From: Candidatus Poribacteria bacterium
Lineage (GTDB): Bacteria; Poribacteria; WGA-4E; WGA-3G
Assembly: GCA_965219695.1 (NCBI GenBank)
Contig: CBDCOJ010000032.1
Location: forward strand, 259,142 to 323,141
Length of the DNA: 64,000 nt
Reading direction: 5' to 3'
In this document: positions 42,026-50,867 of the stretch, piece by piece
Position numbering within the stretch: position 1 is the first letter of the stretch
Layout of the letters: each line of letters starts with the position of its first letter
Made by a program: the position numbers and the translations under genes
Notes under the pieces: generated by a model
Told to the model about the DNA's origin: nothing
Database searches by the model: none
What the model saw: only the letters and a program-made list of their open reading frames with translations

Positions 42026-43135
42026 CTATTTGATGTGCTGTCCAGACTTCGTAGAACGTACGTATTGAAAACCTCTTATGAGTGTACGTAGGTGTTGCCC
42101 TGTCTTCACATCCCATAGATTGACTTCATTGTTACCACAAGATGCGATCGTACTGCCATCCGGACTGAATACCACCTTGAATTTGCCCACAGTACCATTA
42201 TATCGATCTCTGAATTCTCGCAGTATTTGTCCGGTGTGCACATCCCACATGGTGATAACAAAACCGTCATAACTTGCAATTGTCGATCCATCACGACTAA
42301 ACGCTACGCTCTTGATAAAAGGGTGTCTATTTTTATATTTAAGTGTTAGGAGAAGTTGTCCTGTGTTCACATTCCACAGACGGACGATATGGTCCCAACT
42401 CCCACTTGCGATTATCTTTCCATCCGGACTAAACGCCACGCTATTGACATAGTGCTCATGCCCCGATAGTGTGTGTAGGAGTTTGCCTGTGTCCGCATTC
42501 CACAGACGGAGGGTTTTGTCATAACTCCCCGCAGCGATTATTCTACCGTCCGGACTAAACACTATTTGCCTGATTTGTTTCGTATGCCCCGATAGTGTGT
42601 GTAAGAGTTTACCTGTATCCACATCCCATAGACGGATGGTACTGTCCACTACTTCATTATGCCTACTTATAATCGTGTTGCCATCTGGACTATAAGCCAC
42701 GCCCCATATCAGTAATTTCTTATCACCTTTGCGTATTCGCCCCTTTAGTGTTCGTAGGAGTTGTCCCGTGTTTGTATCCAATAGACGAATAGTGCCGTTC
42801 GGACTAGCACTTGCAAGTATATTTCTGTCCGGACAAAACGCTATGTTCCAAGCTCTATCCGTGTTCCCTGTGACTTTGACAGGTTCTTCAATTTTCTGTG
42901 TATCATAGAGCAAAATACCAAAATCCCCTGCTACCGCCAGGCGTGTACTATCGGGGGAATATTCTATATCGTAGACGTTGGCTTTCTCAGGTAGAATTTT
43001 CTCTGGCCGGACTTTCACGCCATCAGGGAAATCCCCTTGCTGTGGATCGTCCTGCAGATCCTTGGCAATGCTACTGTGTGTAAATGTGAGTAGTATAAAC
43101 AGGACTGTCAAAATTGAAAACAATCTGCGTTTCAT
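42026..43135 (-). CDS. Exported WD40-repeat protein
   Basis: Signal peptide; GH..V.FSPDG..IASGS.D..RLW repeats. Confidence 0.9.
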   Translation of the reverse strand: MKRRLFSILTVLFILLTFTHSSIAKDLQDDPQQGDFPDGVKVRPEKILPEKANVYDIEYSPDSTRLAVAGDFGILLYDTQKIEEPVKVTGNTDRAWNIAFCPDRNILASASPNGTIRLLDTNTGQLLRTLKGRIRKGDKKLLIWGVAYSPDGNTIISRHNEVVDSTIRLWDVDTGKLLHTLSGHTKQIRQIVFSPDGRIIAAGSYDKTLRLWNADTGKLLHTLSGHEHYVNSVAFSPDGKIIASGSWDHIVRLWNVNTGQLLLTLKYKNRHPFIKSVAFSRDGSTIASYDGFVITMWDVHTGQILREFRDRYNGTVGKFKVVFSPDGSTIASCGNNEVNLWDVKTGQHLRTLIRGFQYVRSTKSGQHIK

Positions 43136-43244
43136 CGGTTAGTACTCTTTGTGCTGTTCTAAACACTTATCTGTGAAGAAATATCTGGACTATAGTATAC
43201 ACGTCTGGATGATTACATGTCAAGTTTTTCTAATAAATTTGGGT

Positions 43245-43340
43245 TATAGTAAATTTGAGAGTTACTTGGACACATTATGTTGGCGAGGTTAGGCCCTCGC
43301 CAAACAGGGACGAAAATGTCTATTCTTATAATTCATTATA
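43245..43340. mobile_element. Degenerate MITE (TATAGT...ATTATA) with REP-like GGCGAGG hairpin
   Basis: Ends similar to the 13665 and 20196 elements. Confidence 0.5.
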
Positions 43341-43347
43341 AATAGCT

Positions 43348-43393
43348 AAAAACAATATACAGGTATCCGTGAGGATACCTGTATATTGTTTTT
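43348..43393 (-). terminator. Rho-independent terminator
   Basis: 21-bp perfect stem with a 4-nt loop, just past the stop at 43417. Confidence 0.85.
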
Positions 43394-43416
43394 CATAATG
43401 AAAATGTGACATATTT

Positions 43417-44190
43417 TTAATCTGACGATACTTCTACGGTATAGCTTTCCTGGTATACAGATTGATCTGACCGGTAAATATACGCAGTAATTGTATACGT
43501 GCCGGTGTACATCGTACCACTGGGGAACGTGTAAGAGAATGTTGCCTCTGTTGTCGTTCCGTCACCTGTGTCAGTTTCCATCTGTGTTCCAAGTCCTGTA
43601 TCACTGGGACTCGCTACATACCAATAGACATCAGAATAAGGAGCATCTGTCATAAGACATGCTTCGTGTGTATCTCCTGGTGCAGCGGTATACAAACCAT
43701 TAACAGATTCTAATCCAACCGAATCACACGGACAATCACAAACGGGTGGATCAGGATCAAGAGGAGGAGGTGGCATATCCGGTACATAATACGTAGCTTC
43801 CGCAGAAATGGTTCCAGCAAATAATGAATTCCCCTCAGATTTTGCATAAGCTGTGGCTGAGTTCTCTTGGTAGGGAGCTCTCAATTTTCTCCTAAGAGAA
43901 GTAGAACCATGGATATTATCCTTAGTTTCATTAATAGTAAGGTCTGGTCTGTTATTTACTGTTAGAGTTACAGTCAATTTAGCACCGCTTGCATAACCTT
44001 CAGTTGAAGCCTCAGCAGTCAAATTAACATGTAATCTGTCATTATTAATTCCGCCAGAACGCCAGCCGTTTGCTATCGCAATATAATCACCATGTTCTAC
44101 TGTAAGCGATGCAAAAATATTGCTAACTACACCAACGAAGAGGATTGCGCATGAAAAGGAAATTAGTAAAAGAACACGATTAAGTTTCAT
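43417..44190 (-). CDS. Exported hypothetical protein with Pro/Cys linker and C-terminal Ig-like domain
   Basis: Signal peptide; PPPPLDPDPPVCDCPCD linker. Confidence 0.7.
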   Translation of the reverse strand: MKLNRVLLLISFSCAILFVGVVSNIFASLTVEHGDYIAIANGWRSGGINNDRLHVNLTAEASTEGYASGAKLTVTLTVNNRPDLTINETKDNIHGSTSLRRKLRAPYQENSATAYAKSEGNSLFAGTISAEATYYVPDMPPPPLDPDPPVCDCPCDSVGLESVNGLYTAAPGDTHEACLMTDAPYSDVYWYVASPSDTGLGTQMETDTGDGTTTEATFSYTFPSGTMYTGTYTITAYIYRSDQSVYQESYTVEVSSD

Positions 44191-44200
44191 TATATTCTCC

Positions 44201-44962
44201 TTACCTCGGTAAATCGAGGAATTTGTAGGGGTCTATACCCCCATCTGGGTACTCATAAACCATTATATCTGATGCCTCATTATCATTATCTACTTCTGTG
44301 GGTTCAAACATACTGTCAATAAGGTATGAAGATTCCCATTTTTTAGCAGTAGTTGGGTCACCTATTATTAGCGAGGCATATCTTCGACCTACAAAATTTG
44401 GGTCTCCTTCTCTTTGTCCAATGGTATGCCATTTCACGTAAATCACACCAGGAATAGATGGATAAATGAGACCATTATCATCAAACATCGCACCTGTAGT
44501 ATGTGCGCCCTGTTTCCATAACTTAATACGGGCCCGGACTAATAATTCCAACTCTGGCGTGGCATTATCCCAAAGTTGTTCCTGAAACGGAAAATCAGCG
44601 GGAACTTCAGGATACGGACCAAATCCAAAGGGAGAGGTAGGCACGTCCGTAGTTAAGTCTATGTTTTTTTCAAGTGTGTCGGTTTTTTGTATTGTCTCCT
44701 CTGTGGGGACCGACATATCTTCCACAGATTCAGACCTATTTTTTACAGATTCAAAGGATTCTGTCCGTGGCACGTCTGTTTGGTTGGGTTTCTGTGCCTT
44801 TTGCGACATATCCTCTTGAAAGACAATACCATCGTTAGCCGATAACTGTTGTTGAAATGATGCTATATCGTGCTGATACCAGAAATGGCACAGCACCGCG
44901 AAAACAATCAGAAGACCGAAGCCACCGATACACCATTTATTTGTTAAGATGTCGCGAATCAT
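44201..44962 (-). CDS. Membrane-anchored protein with 'SPFGFG' domain (copy 3)
   Basis: N-terminal TM helix; homologous to 33807-34544; start overlaps the sigma factor stop. Confidence 0.75.
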   Translation of the reverse strand: MIRDILTNKWCIGGFGLLIVFAVLCHFWYQHDIASFQQQLSANDGIVFQEDMSQKAQKPNQTDVPRTESFESVKNRSESVEDMSVPTEETIQKTDTLEKNIDLTTDVPTSPFGFGPYPEVPADFPFQEQLWDNATPELELLVRARIKLWKQGAHTTGAMFDDNGLIYPSIPGVIYVKWHTIGQREGDPNFVGRRYASLIIGDPTTAKKWESSYLIDSMFEPTEVDNDNEASDIMVYEYPDGGIDPYKFLDLPR

Positions 44963-45591
44963 ATTATCCCTCTGTTTACTAAATCTGCATGTACCTCTGG
45001 ATATTCCGTTTCAAGCCAGGCTTTGAGTTTCTTTCTTGCCTTATATATCCGAACGTTAACAGCACCCGCTTTGATTCCCAACATCTCGGCAATCTCCGTG
45101 TTTTTCATTCCATCAAGGTACAACCAAAACGCTTCCTTTTCGGATGGCGGAAGTTGTTCCATCAAACTGAAAACGATTTCCATATATTCTTTGTCAATCG
45201 CTATTCGTTCTGGTCTGAGGCTTAAAGAAACACATAACTCCCCTGACTCCACCAGATTGTTAATGTTCCCAAATGCTTCTTGGAACTCGCGTCTTTCGTC
45301 CGATTTTTCAAGCTGTCTTGCCATAGTCCCGACAGCAACACGAACAAGCCACCTCGGAAAACCTTCGGGATTTCGAAGATCATCTATCTGGACCATTGCT
45401 TCAAAGAACGTTTCGTGAACAAGATCATCCAAATCTTCAGGATTTCTGATTCCTTTTATGTAGAAAAATCCGCGAAGTCTACTACCGTGTCGCAAGTAGA
45501 GGATATCCCATGCTGCTTTGATGCCAACTTGGTATGCTCGGACGAGTTCCGAATCACTCCAAGTGGAATCAGGCTCTCCCCGATTTTGCAT
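44959..45591 (-). CDS. ECF-type RNA polymerase sigma factor (start MQNRGE)
   Basis: Region 2 (DDLVHETF, FPRWLVRVA) and region 4 (LPPSEKEAF..EIAEMLGI..V..RIYKARKKL). Confidence 0.9.
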   Translation of the reverse strand: MQNRGEPDSTWSDSELVRAYQVGIKAAWDILYLRHGSRLRGFFYIKGIRNPEDLDDLVHETFFEAMVQIDDLRNPEGFPRWLVRVAVGTMARQLEKSDERREFQEAFGNINNLVESGELCVSLSLRPERIAIDKEYMEIVFSLMEQLPPSEKEAFWLYLDGMKNTEIAEMLGIKAGAVNVRIYKARKKLKAWLETEYPEVHADLVNRGII

Positions 45592-45920
45592 TGGGAGGAA
45601 TTCCTTTTCATAAGGTGATGTGCAAAAATTGGGTGAAAAGGTTAGCAGGTTTTCTCCCAATATCAAACTTACCTGCACAAAATGCTATAAATAATCATAT
45701 CTGCACAAACAATTTATAGTATCTGAAATACAATCTTTATGTCCTTATATTACTATGTGCATAAATCGGGCAAAAAGTTACCTTAAGTCTTCATTTTTCT
45801 GAAAATTCAATATTTGAACAATTCCTTCTCCTTGTTTCGTAAATACGTTCTCCATTTTTTGTGCTTGCCTCACCCGTTGAAGTTGTGCTAAACTATAGCA
45901 AAACCCGCATTGAGAAACAG

Positions 45921-46295
45921 ATGTCATCTATAACAGACCCATCTAAAATTTTAGCAGAGATATTGACAACAGAAAAACCGTGGGGACGTTTTATCCAGTA
46001 CGTTCTTAACCAACCGGTAACCGTCAAGATTTTGGAAATACATGCTGGTGAGCAGGTAAGTTATCAGTATCATCACCATCGGAGCGAACTGTGGATACCG
46101 CTTGACGAAGGTGCATGTATTCGGCTTGAGGGTGAAGTGCTACACCCCGATCTTATGGAGCCGATTTTTATTCCGCAAGGTGCGAAACATCAACTTATTG
46201 GTGAATCCAAAGATTATAGGATACTTGAAATCGCTTTCGGGCATTTTGATGAGGAAGACATTGTCCGACTTGACGATAAATATGGAAGGGTTTAA
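45921..46295 (+). CDS. Mannose-6-phosphate isomerase type II-like cupin
   Basis: KPWG, SYQYHHHRSELW, DEEDIVRLDDKYGR. Confidence 0.85.
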   Translation: MSSITDPSKILAEILTTEKPWGRFIQYVLNQPVTVKILEIHAGEQVSYQYHHHRSELWIPLDEGACIRLEGEVLHPDLMEPIFIPQGAKHQLIGESKDYRILEIAFGHFDEEDIVRLDDKYGRV

Positions 46296-46378
46296 AAGGA
46301 AGATGTGATCATTGAGTCTAAACTTGAATTTCAATAGGTTTGGAAATCTTAACCGAGTTAGCAATTGAGGAGACAACC

Positions 46379-47158
46379 ATGAATCACTTGAAACATTTTC
46401 ACTTATGGATATGTGCTGTTGTGTTGTTTAACTTTACTATGTTAGGGTTTGGACAAGGTGAGAAAGCAGAAAATCTCGTGGGACATTGGACGTTTGAGAA
46501 GGGTGTTGAATTGGAAGATATAATGGGAAACTTCGCTGATATTACCCTCATGGGGGCTGAAATTGAGAATGGACAATTGAACGTTGACCTCGGCAAATGG
46601 GCAATTGCAAGTGGCTATGATGGACCAGATATTGAAGAAAAAACGCTGGTGTCGTGGGTTATCATGGATAATCTTGACGTACAGAAAGGTTCAATATTAA
46701 CCATCGATCGCCTATCTGATCCTACATTTGACGCAATTGTTTTTGGGGAACGTCAGAATCGTCGTTGGATGGCAGGGAGCGGATGGTTTCATCGAACGAA
46801 AGACCCTGAACCCGGTTTTGAAGAAAAGAAAACAGGGGAGTTGATTATGATGGCGATTTCGTATGAAAATGATAACGGCACTGCACACGTGAAACTATAC
46901 CGAAACGGAGACAAAATCGGTGACTACACATTTGGTCAATTTGTGTCTTTTGCTAAAAACGATGCTGAGGCTATTTGGGGTAAACGCCACGGTGGTTTAG
47001 GTGGAGGTCCTGGCGATCTTGACGTTCACATTGAAGATTCACGAATCTATGCTGATGTTCTCAGTCAAGCAGAGATTAAGAAGTTGTTGCCAGACACGCT
47101 TGAAGTGGAAGCGCACGGCAAACTCACCACTACTTGGGCAAGGCTAAAAACAAGGTGA
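46379..47158 (+). CDS. Exported LamG/concanavalin-like protein with C-terminal VEAHGKLTTTWARLK motif
   Basis: Signal peptide; LVGHWTFE, LYRNG and RIY..VLSQAEI LamG-like motifs. Confidence 0.75.
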   Translation: MNHLKHFHLWICAVVLFNFTMLGFGQGEKAENLVGHWTFEKGVELEDIMGNFADITLMGAEIENGQLNVDLGKWAIASGYDGPDIEEKTLVSWVIMDNLDVQKGSILTIDRLSDPTFDAIVFGERQNRRWMAGSGWFHRTKDPEPGFEEKKTGELIMMAISYENDNGTAHVKLYRNGDKIGDYTFGQFVSFAKNDAEAIWGKRHGGLGGGPGDLDVHIEDSRIYADVLSQAEIKKLLPDTLEVEAHGKLTTTWARLKTR

Positions 47159-47190
47159 CGTGAGTTCAATAATAAAATTCAAGTATAATC

Positions 47191-47323
47191 GTAGGTTGGG
47201 TAGAGCGGTAAAAAAGCAAGTGTTACCAAGTTTTCACGGAAAGTTTGTATTTTTGTACCCATTCATATAAAAAAAGATATAGCGAAACCCAACGAATGTC
47301 ACACGCGCATTCGGCTTTGATTT
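47191..47323. repeat. Split REP-like element followed by a degenerate hairpin element
   Basis: GTAGGTTGGGTAGAGC...GCGAAACCCAAC then GAATGTCACACGCGCATTCGGCTTTGATTT. Confidence 0.55.
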
Positions 47324-47415
47324 GACAGTTCAAACTGCCCTAAAAGAGGGTGTTCATATATTTGGGATTTTCTACATGAGAAATTAGATTATTGGAGGTA
47401 ATAAAGAGCATATAA

Positions 47416-48846
47416 ATGAATTCAAAGATAAAACAGATAGAATTGGGAAGCGATTCAGGCTTGAGACTCAAAATGGTCGATTGTGCGGATACAGAGGATC
47501 AAGATGAAGATACATTGGTTGACGAGCGTTTGGAAGATATTCAAGCACTGTTCAAAGAGGAGGTGGACGCACCGCTATCTGTCTTAGAACAAAATCTGCG
47601 TGCATGGACTCGCAGCCACCTGCAAACAGAGCATATTCAGCAAGTACTTGCCCTGTCTGCCAAAGCAAGAAGCGATTTCTCTGCTTTGGTAACTGTTGGG
47701 ATTGGTGGGTCCGATTTGAGTGCCCGCGTATTCCATGAAATTGCCAATCATCCCTACCACAATTTACTATCAGCTTCTGAGCGGGGTGGTGCACCAGAGA
47801 TTTACTTTACGGGTGATACATTCGATCCAGTTCGTCTTAAAGGATTACTTGAGATGCTGAAGTCACGCAACTTGCTACGCAAAACGCTTTTTAATGTGAT
47901 TAGCAAGTCGGGAAAAACAGGCGAAACTCTCGCGACGTTAATGATTATTCGGGATAGACTTCAGCAGGAATGTGGAGAGTGGCGAAACCAGATTATTGCA
48001 ACTACTGGCTTAACTAAAAAAAGCCTCCTCTACCAATTTCATCAGGAATCTTCGTTTTACGGTATCCTCCCAGTACCGGAAGGTGTCGGTGGACGTTTTT
48101 CTGCTTTTTCACCTGTCGGTTTATTCTTTTTAGCGATGACAAGCGGGATTGGAGAGACGCCAGAGGATAGGATAAACGCTGCGATTGATGGCGTTCAATG
48201 CGCTGACAAGAACTTTCAACAGCCATACTCACATCCCAATAACACCGCATACCATCTTGCACTATGGCTTGACTCTGTTGAGGAATATTACGGTGCGGGT
48301 AGCATTGTTTTCTATAATTATGCGGACAATAGTCGTCTCGGCGAATGGTTTGTTCAATTGTATACCGAATCAATTCAGGAACGCGGCATCGGGTCTAACG
48401 TAATTGCTGCGAAAGGTCCTACGAGTAACCATTCTATTCTCAACGGTATCCTTGCAGGACCGAGGGAGAAGGCAGTTATTTTTATTCATTGGGAGGACCT
48501 CGGAGCCGACTTAACAATTCCAAGTGGAAATGATAATGGATTGGAAGCGTTTGAAGGGCTTTCAATGAACGGCAGCCAGACTGCCTCTTATCGTGGAACG
48601 GAGATGGATTTTACTGATAAGGACATTCCAAATGTCACGCTAACACTGCCCAGTCGAGATATTAGCAATGTGTGTCAATTGATGCGGACGCTAATGGATA
48701 CCGTCGCTGTAAAAGGCAAATTACAGGGACTTCATCTTACCGAAGGTATTTCGATGCTTTCAAAAGAATTAACCTACCATCAATCGGCTGTTGAGGGATA
48801 TAAACAGCGCACTGAACAAATCGCACGCGAAATGAAAAGACGTTAA
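47416..48846 (+). CDS. pgi: Glucose-6-phosphate isomerase
   Basis: VGIGGS, ISKSG.T.ET, VGGRFS, QLYTES, Q.AVE..K. Confidence 0.85.
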   Translation: MNSKIKQIELGSDSGLRLKMVDCADTEDQDEDTLVDERLEDIQALFKEEVDAPLSVLEQNLRAWTRSHLQTEHIQQVLALSAKARSDFSALVTVGIGGSDLSARVFHEIANHPYHNLLSASERGGAPEIYFTGDTFDPVRLKGLLEMLKSRNLLRKTLFNVISKSGKTGETLATLMIIRDRLQQECGEWRNQIIATTGLTKKSLLYQFHQESSFYGILPVPEGVGGRFSAFSPVGLFFLAMTSGIGETPEDRINAAIDGVQCADKNFQQPYSHPNNTAYHLALWLDSVEEYYGAGSIVFYNYADNSRLGEWFVQLYTESIQERGIGSNVIAAKGPTSNHSILNGILAGPREKAVIFIHWEDLGADLTIPSGNDNGLEAFEGLSMNGSQTASYRGTEMDFTDKDIPNVTLTLPSRDISNVCQLMRTLMDTVAVKGKLQGLHLTEGISMLSKELTYHQSAVEGYKQRTEQIAREMKRR

Positions 48847-48921
48847 CTGAGTTTAAAATCAGTTATTTGGTTGGATTTGGTCATTTGTTTTGAACGGTGT
48901 GAAATCCGATAGGGCAAATTT

Positions 48922-50814
48922 ATGAGATATGTTCATAAAGTTCTCAACAAATTATCCACACTCCGTCTCCAGAACAAGATTTTTTTCACTTATAGTCTGG
49001 TGTTTCTGCTGATGTTCGCCGTTATCTTTGGAATTGCCAGTTTTCTGATTGACCATACTTTTAGTGAGCAGCTTGACAAAGATGTGGATCAGTTGAAAAC
49101 AAAGATTTCCAATGGATATGCCTTGTTCGTTGATTCTATTCGAAACGAGGTAAAAGCGAAAGGAGAAGATAAAGATGTCCGCAATGCTTTACAGATAGCG
49201 GAAACAGGTGGTAGTAGAGACATTCCACCGGCAAATTTCGATGTTTTTGAATGCGGTAACACCGAGGGAATATTGGTGTTGAGTAAACGCGGAGATGCCC
49301 CCCGCATCGGACATAAAAATACTGAGATTGCCAATGTGAAATCAGATTCAGCTTTTAGAGAGGGGAAAGACACGATTCGCGAGCGAATCATCAAAACAGG
49401 TGAGGAACCGCAGTTGGTCGTTGAAGTTACACGATGGTTAGATTGGGGTTTTGTCACTGGAGGCAAGTCTCTCCGAAAATGGTTAGAAGGATACATGCTA
49501 AGTCAACCTGCGGAACACCCCACTTTTCTCGTTAAAAGGAAGGATCAAAAGGAGGAATGGATACCTCTAAATAACATTGCAGGAAAGACACCAACTTTAA
49601 AAGATGAATGGATACAGCAGATGCAGGCAAATCAGACAGAAGGAGAACCTATAGAAGAGTTAGTCCTCACTTTGAAAGATAACCAGCGAATAAATGAAAC
49701 AGAATCTACAGATGGTGAGTTACATACATCTACCTTTACCGTTGTTCGTGCTGACATCCTAAACACCCCTTTTGTGGAATTGATCATTGCTTACTCACAT
49801 GAAAATAGAATCCAATGGCAGAGACAAATGAGGGTGATATTATTGTTGAGTATAGGGGGCGGGGCTGTCCTGGTATATTGCAGCAGTTATCTTGTGAGCA
49901 GACGAATCACTCGACCAATTGCCCAACTTCAGGAAGGGGTAAATGAGATTGGCGCGGGCAACTTAACTTATCAGATTGCCGTTCAATCTAAGGGCGAAGT
50001 CGGCGCACTCGCTGATGGATTTAACCAAATGGCACTTGAGTTGAAGCGAAGTTTAGATGAGCATCGGGCAGCAGAAAGAATCGCCGTGTGGCGTGATGTT
50101 GCACGTCAGCTTGCCCATGAAGTTAAAAATCCTCTATTTCCAATTCGACTTTCCGTTGAGAATTTGCAAGCTGCAAAAGATCAACCGGAAGTTTTTGAGA
50201 AAATATTTGGTGAATGCACTGAGACAATTATTGAAGAAGTTGACCGTATACGTGGACTAATAGATGAGTTCCACCAATATGCACGGTTACCCGTGCCTGA
50301 CCGACACCCAGTTAATTTAAATGATATTGTAAATGCTGTTTTGAAATTGTATATGGAGTTGTCTCAAGCGCAAAGTATTAAGATTGAAAAACAGTTAAGT
50401 CCGCTTCCACCTCTTTCGTTAGACCAAGAGCAGATGGAACGGGCAGTAGGGAATCTTGTTAAAAATGCAATTGAAGCGATGCCGGACAGTGGAACGCTAA
50501 CCCTTAGAACTTTTTCTAAATCATTTGAAAAGGGCAGAAATATCTCGCTTGAAGTGAAAGATACTGGACATGGGATGTCCGAAGAGACCCAACAAAATCT
50601 TTTTGCTCCGGACTATACCACGAAGTCTTATGGGACCGGTCTCGGTATGGCAATTGTTCGCCGTATTATCACCGTTCACGGCGGTGAGATAGCAGTTGAA
50701 TCGGAAGAAAATATTGGAACAACGATACGGATAACCTTTAATGAAGCATCATACCTCACCGAGAGTCCACCAGGGCTGGTACCGCATGAAACCGAACCAA
50801 TAAATGACGTGTAA
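48922..50814 (+). CDS. HAMP-domain sensor histidine kinase (NtrY-like)
   Basis: Two TM helices, HAMP, WRDVARQLAHEVKNPL, NLVKNAIEA, GTGLG. Confidence 0.92.
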   Translation: MRYVHKVLNKLSTLRLQNKIFFTYSLVFLLMFAVIFGIASFLIDHTFSEQLDKDVDQLKTKISNGYALFVDSIRNEVKAKGEDKDVRNALQIAETGGSRDIPPANFDVFECGNTEGILVLSKRGDAPRIGHKNTEIANVKSDSAFREGKDTIRERIIKTGEEPQLVVEVTRWLDWGFVTGGKSLRKWLEGYMLSQPAEHPTFLVKRKDQKEEWIPLNNIAGKTPTLKDEWIQQMQANQTEGEPIEELVLTLKDNQRINETESTDGELHTSTFTVVRADILNTPFVELIIAYSHENRIQWQRQMRVILLLSIGGGAVLVYCSSYLVSRRITRPIAQLQEGVNEIGAGNLTYQIAVQSKGEVGALADGFNQMALELKRSLDEHRAAERIAVWRDVARQLAHEVKNPLFPIRLSVENLQAAKDQPEVFEKIFGECTETIIEEVDRIRGLIDEFHQYARLPVPDRHPVNLNDIVNAVLKLYMELSQAQSIKIEKQLSPLPPLSLDQEQMERAVGNLVKNAIEAMPDSGTLTLRTFSKSFEKGRNISLEVKDTGHGMSEETQQNLFAPDYTTKSYGTGLGMAIVRRIITVHGGEIAVESEENIGTTIRITFNEASYLTESPPGLVPHETEPINDV

Positions 50815-50867
50815 GATAGTTAGCAGATTGATAACTTATAACTACCCCGGTTTAGAGGCGAAGAGAT

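Noticed and set aside
39551-45591. Integron cassette array
   Set aside because: No integrase, and the intergenic segments lack consistent attC RYYYAAC/GTTRRRY structure
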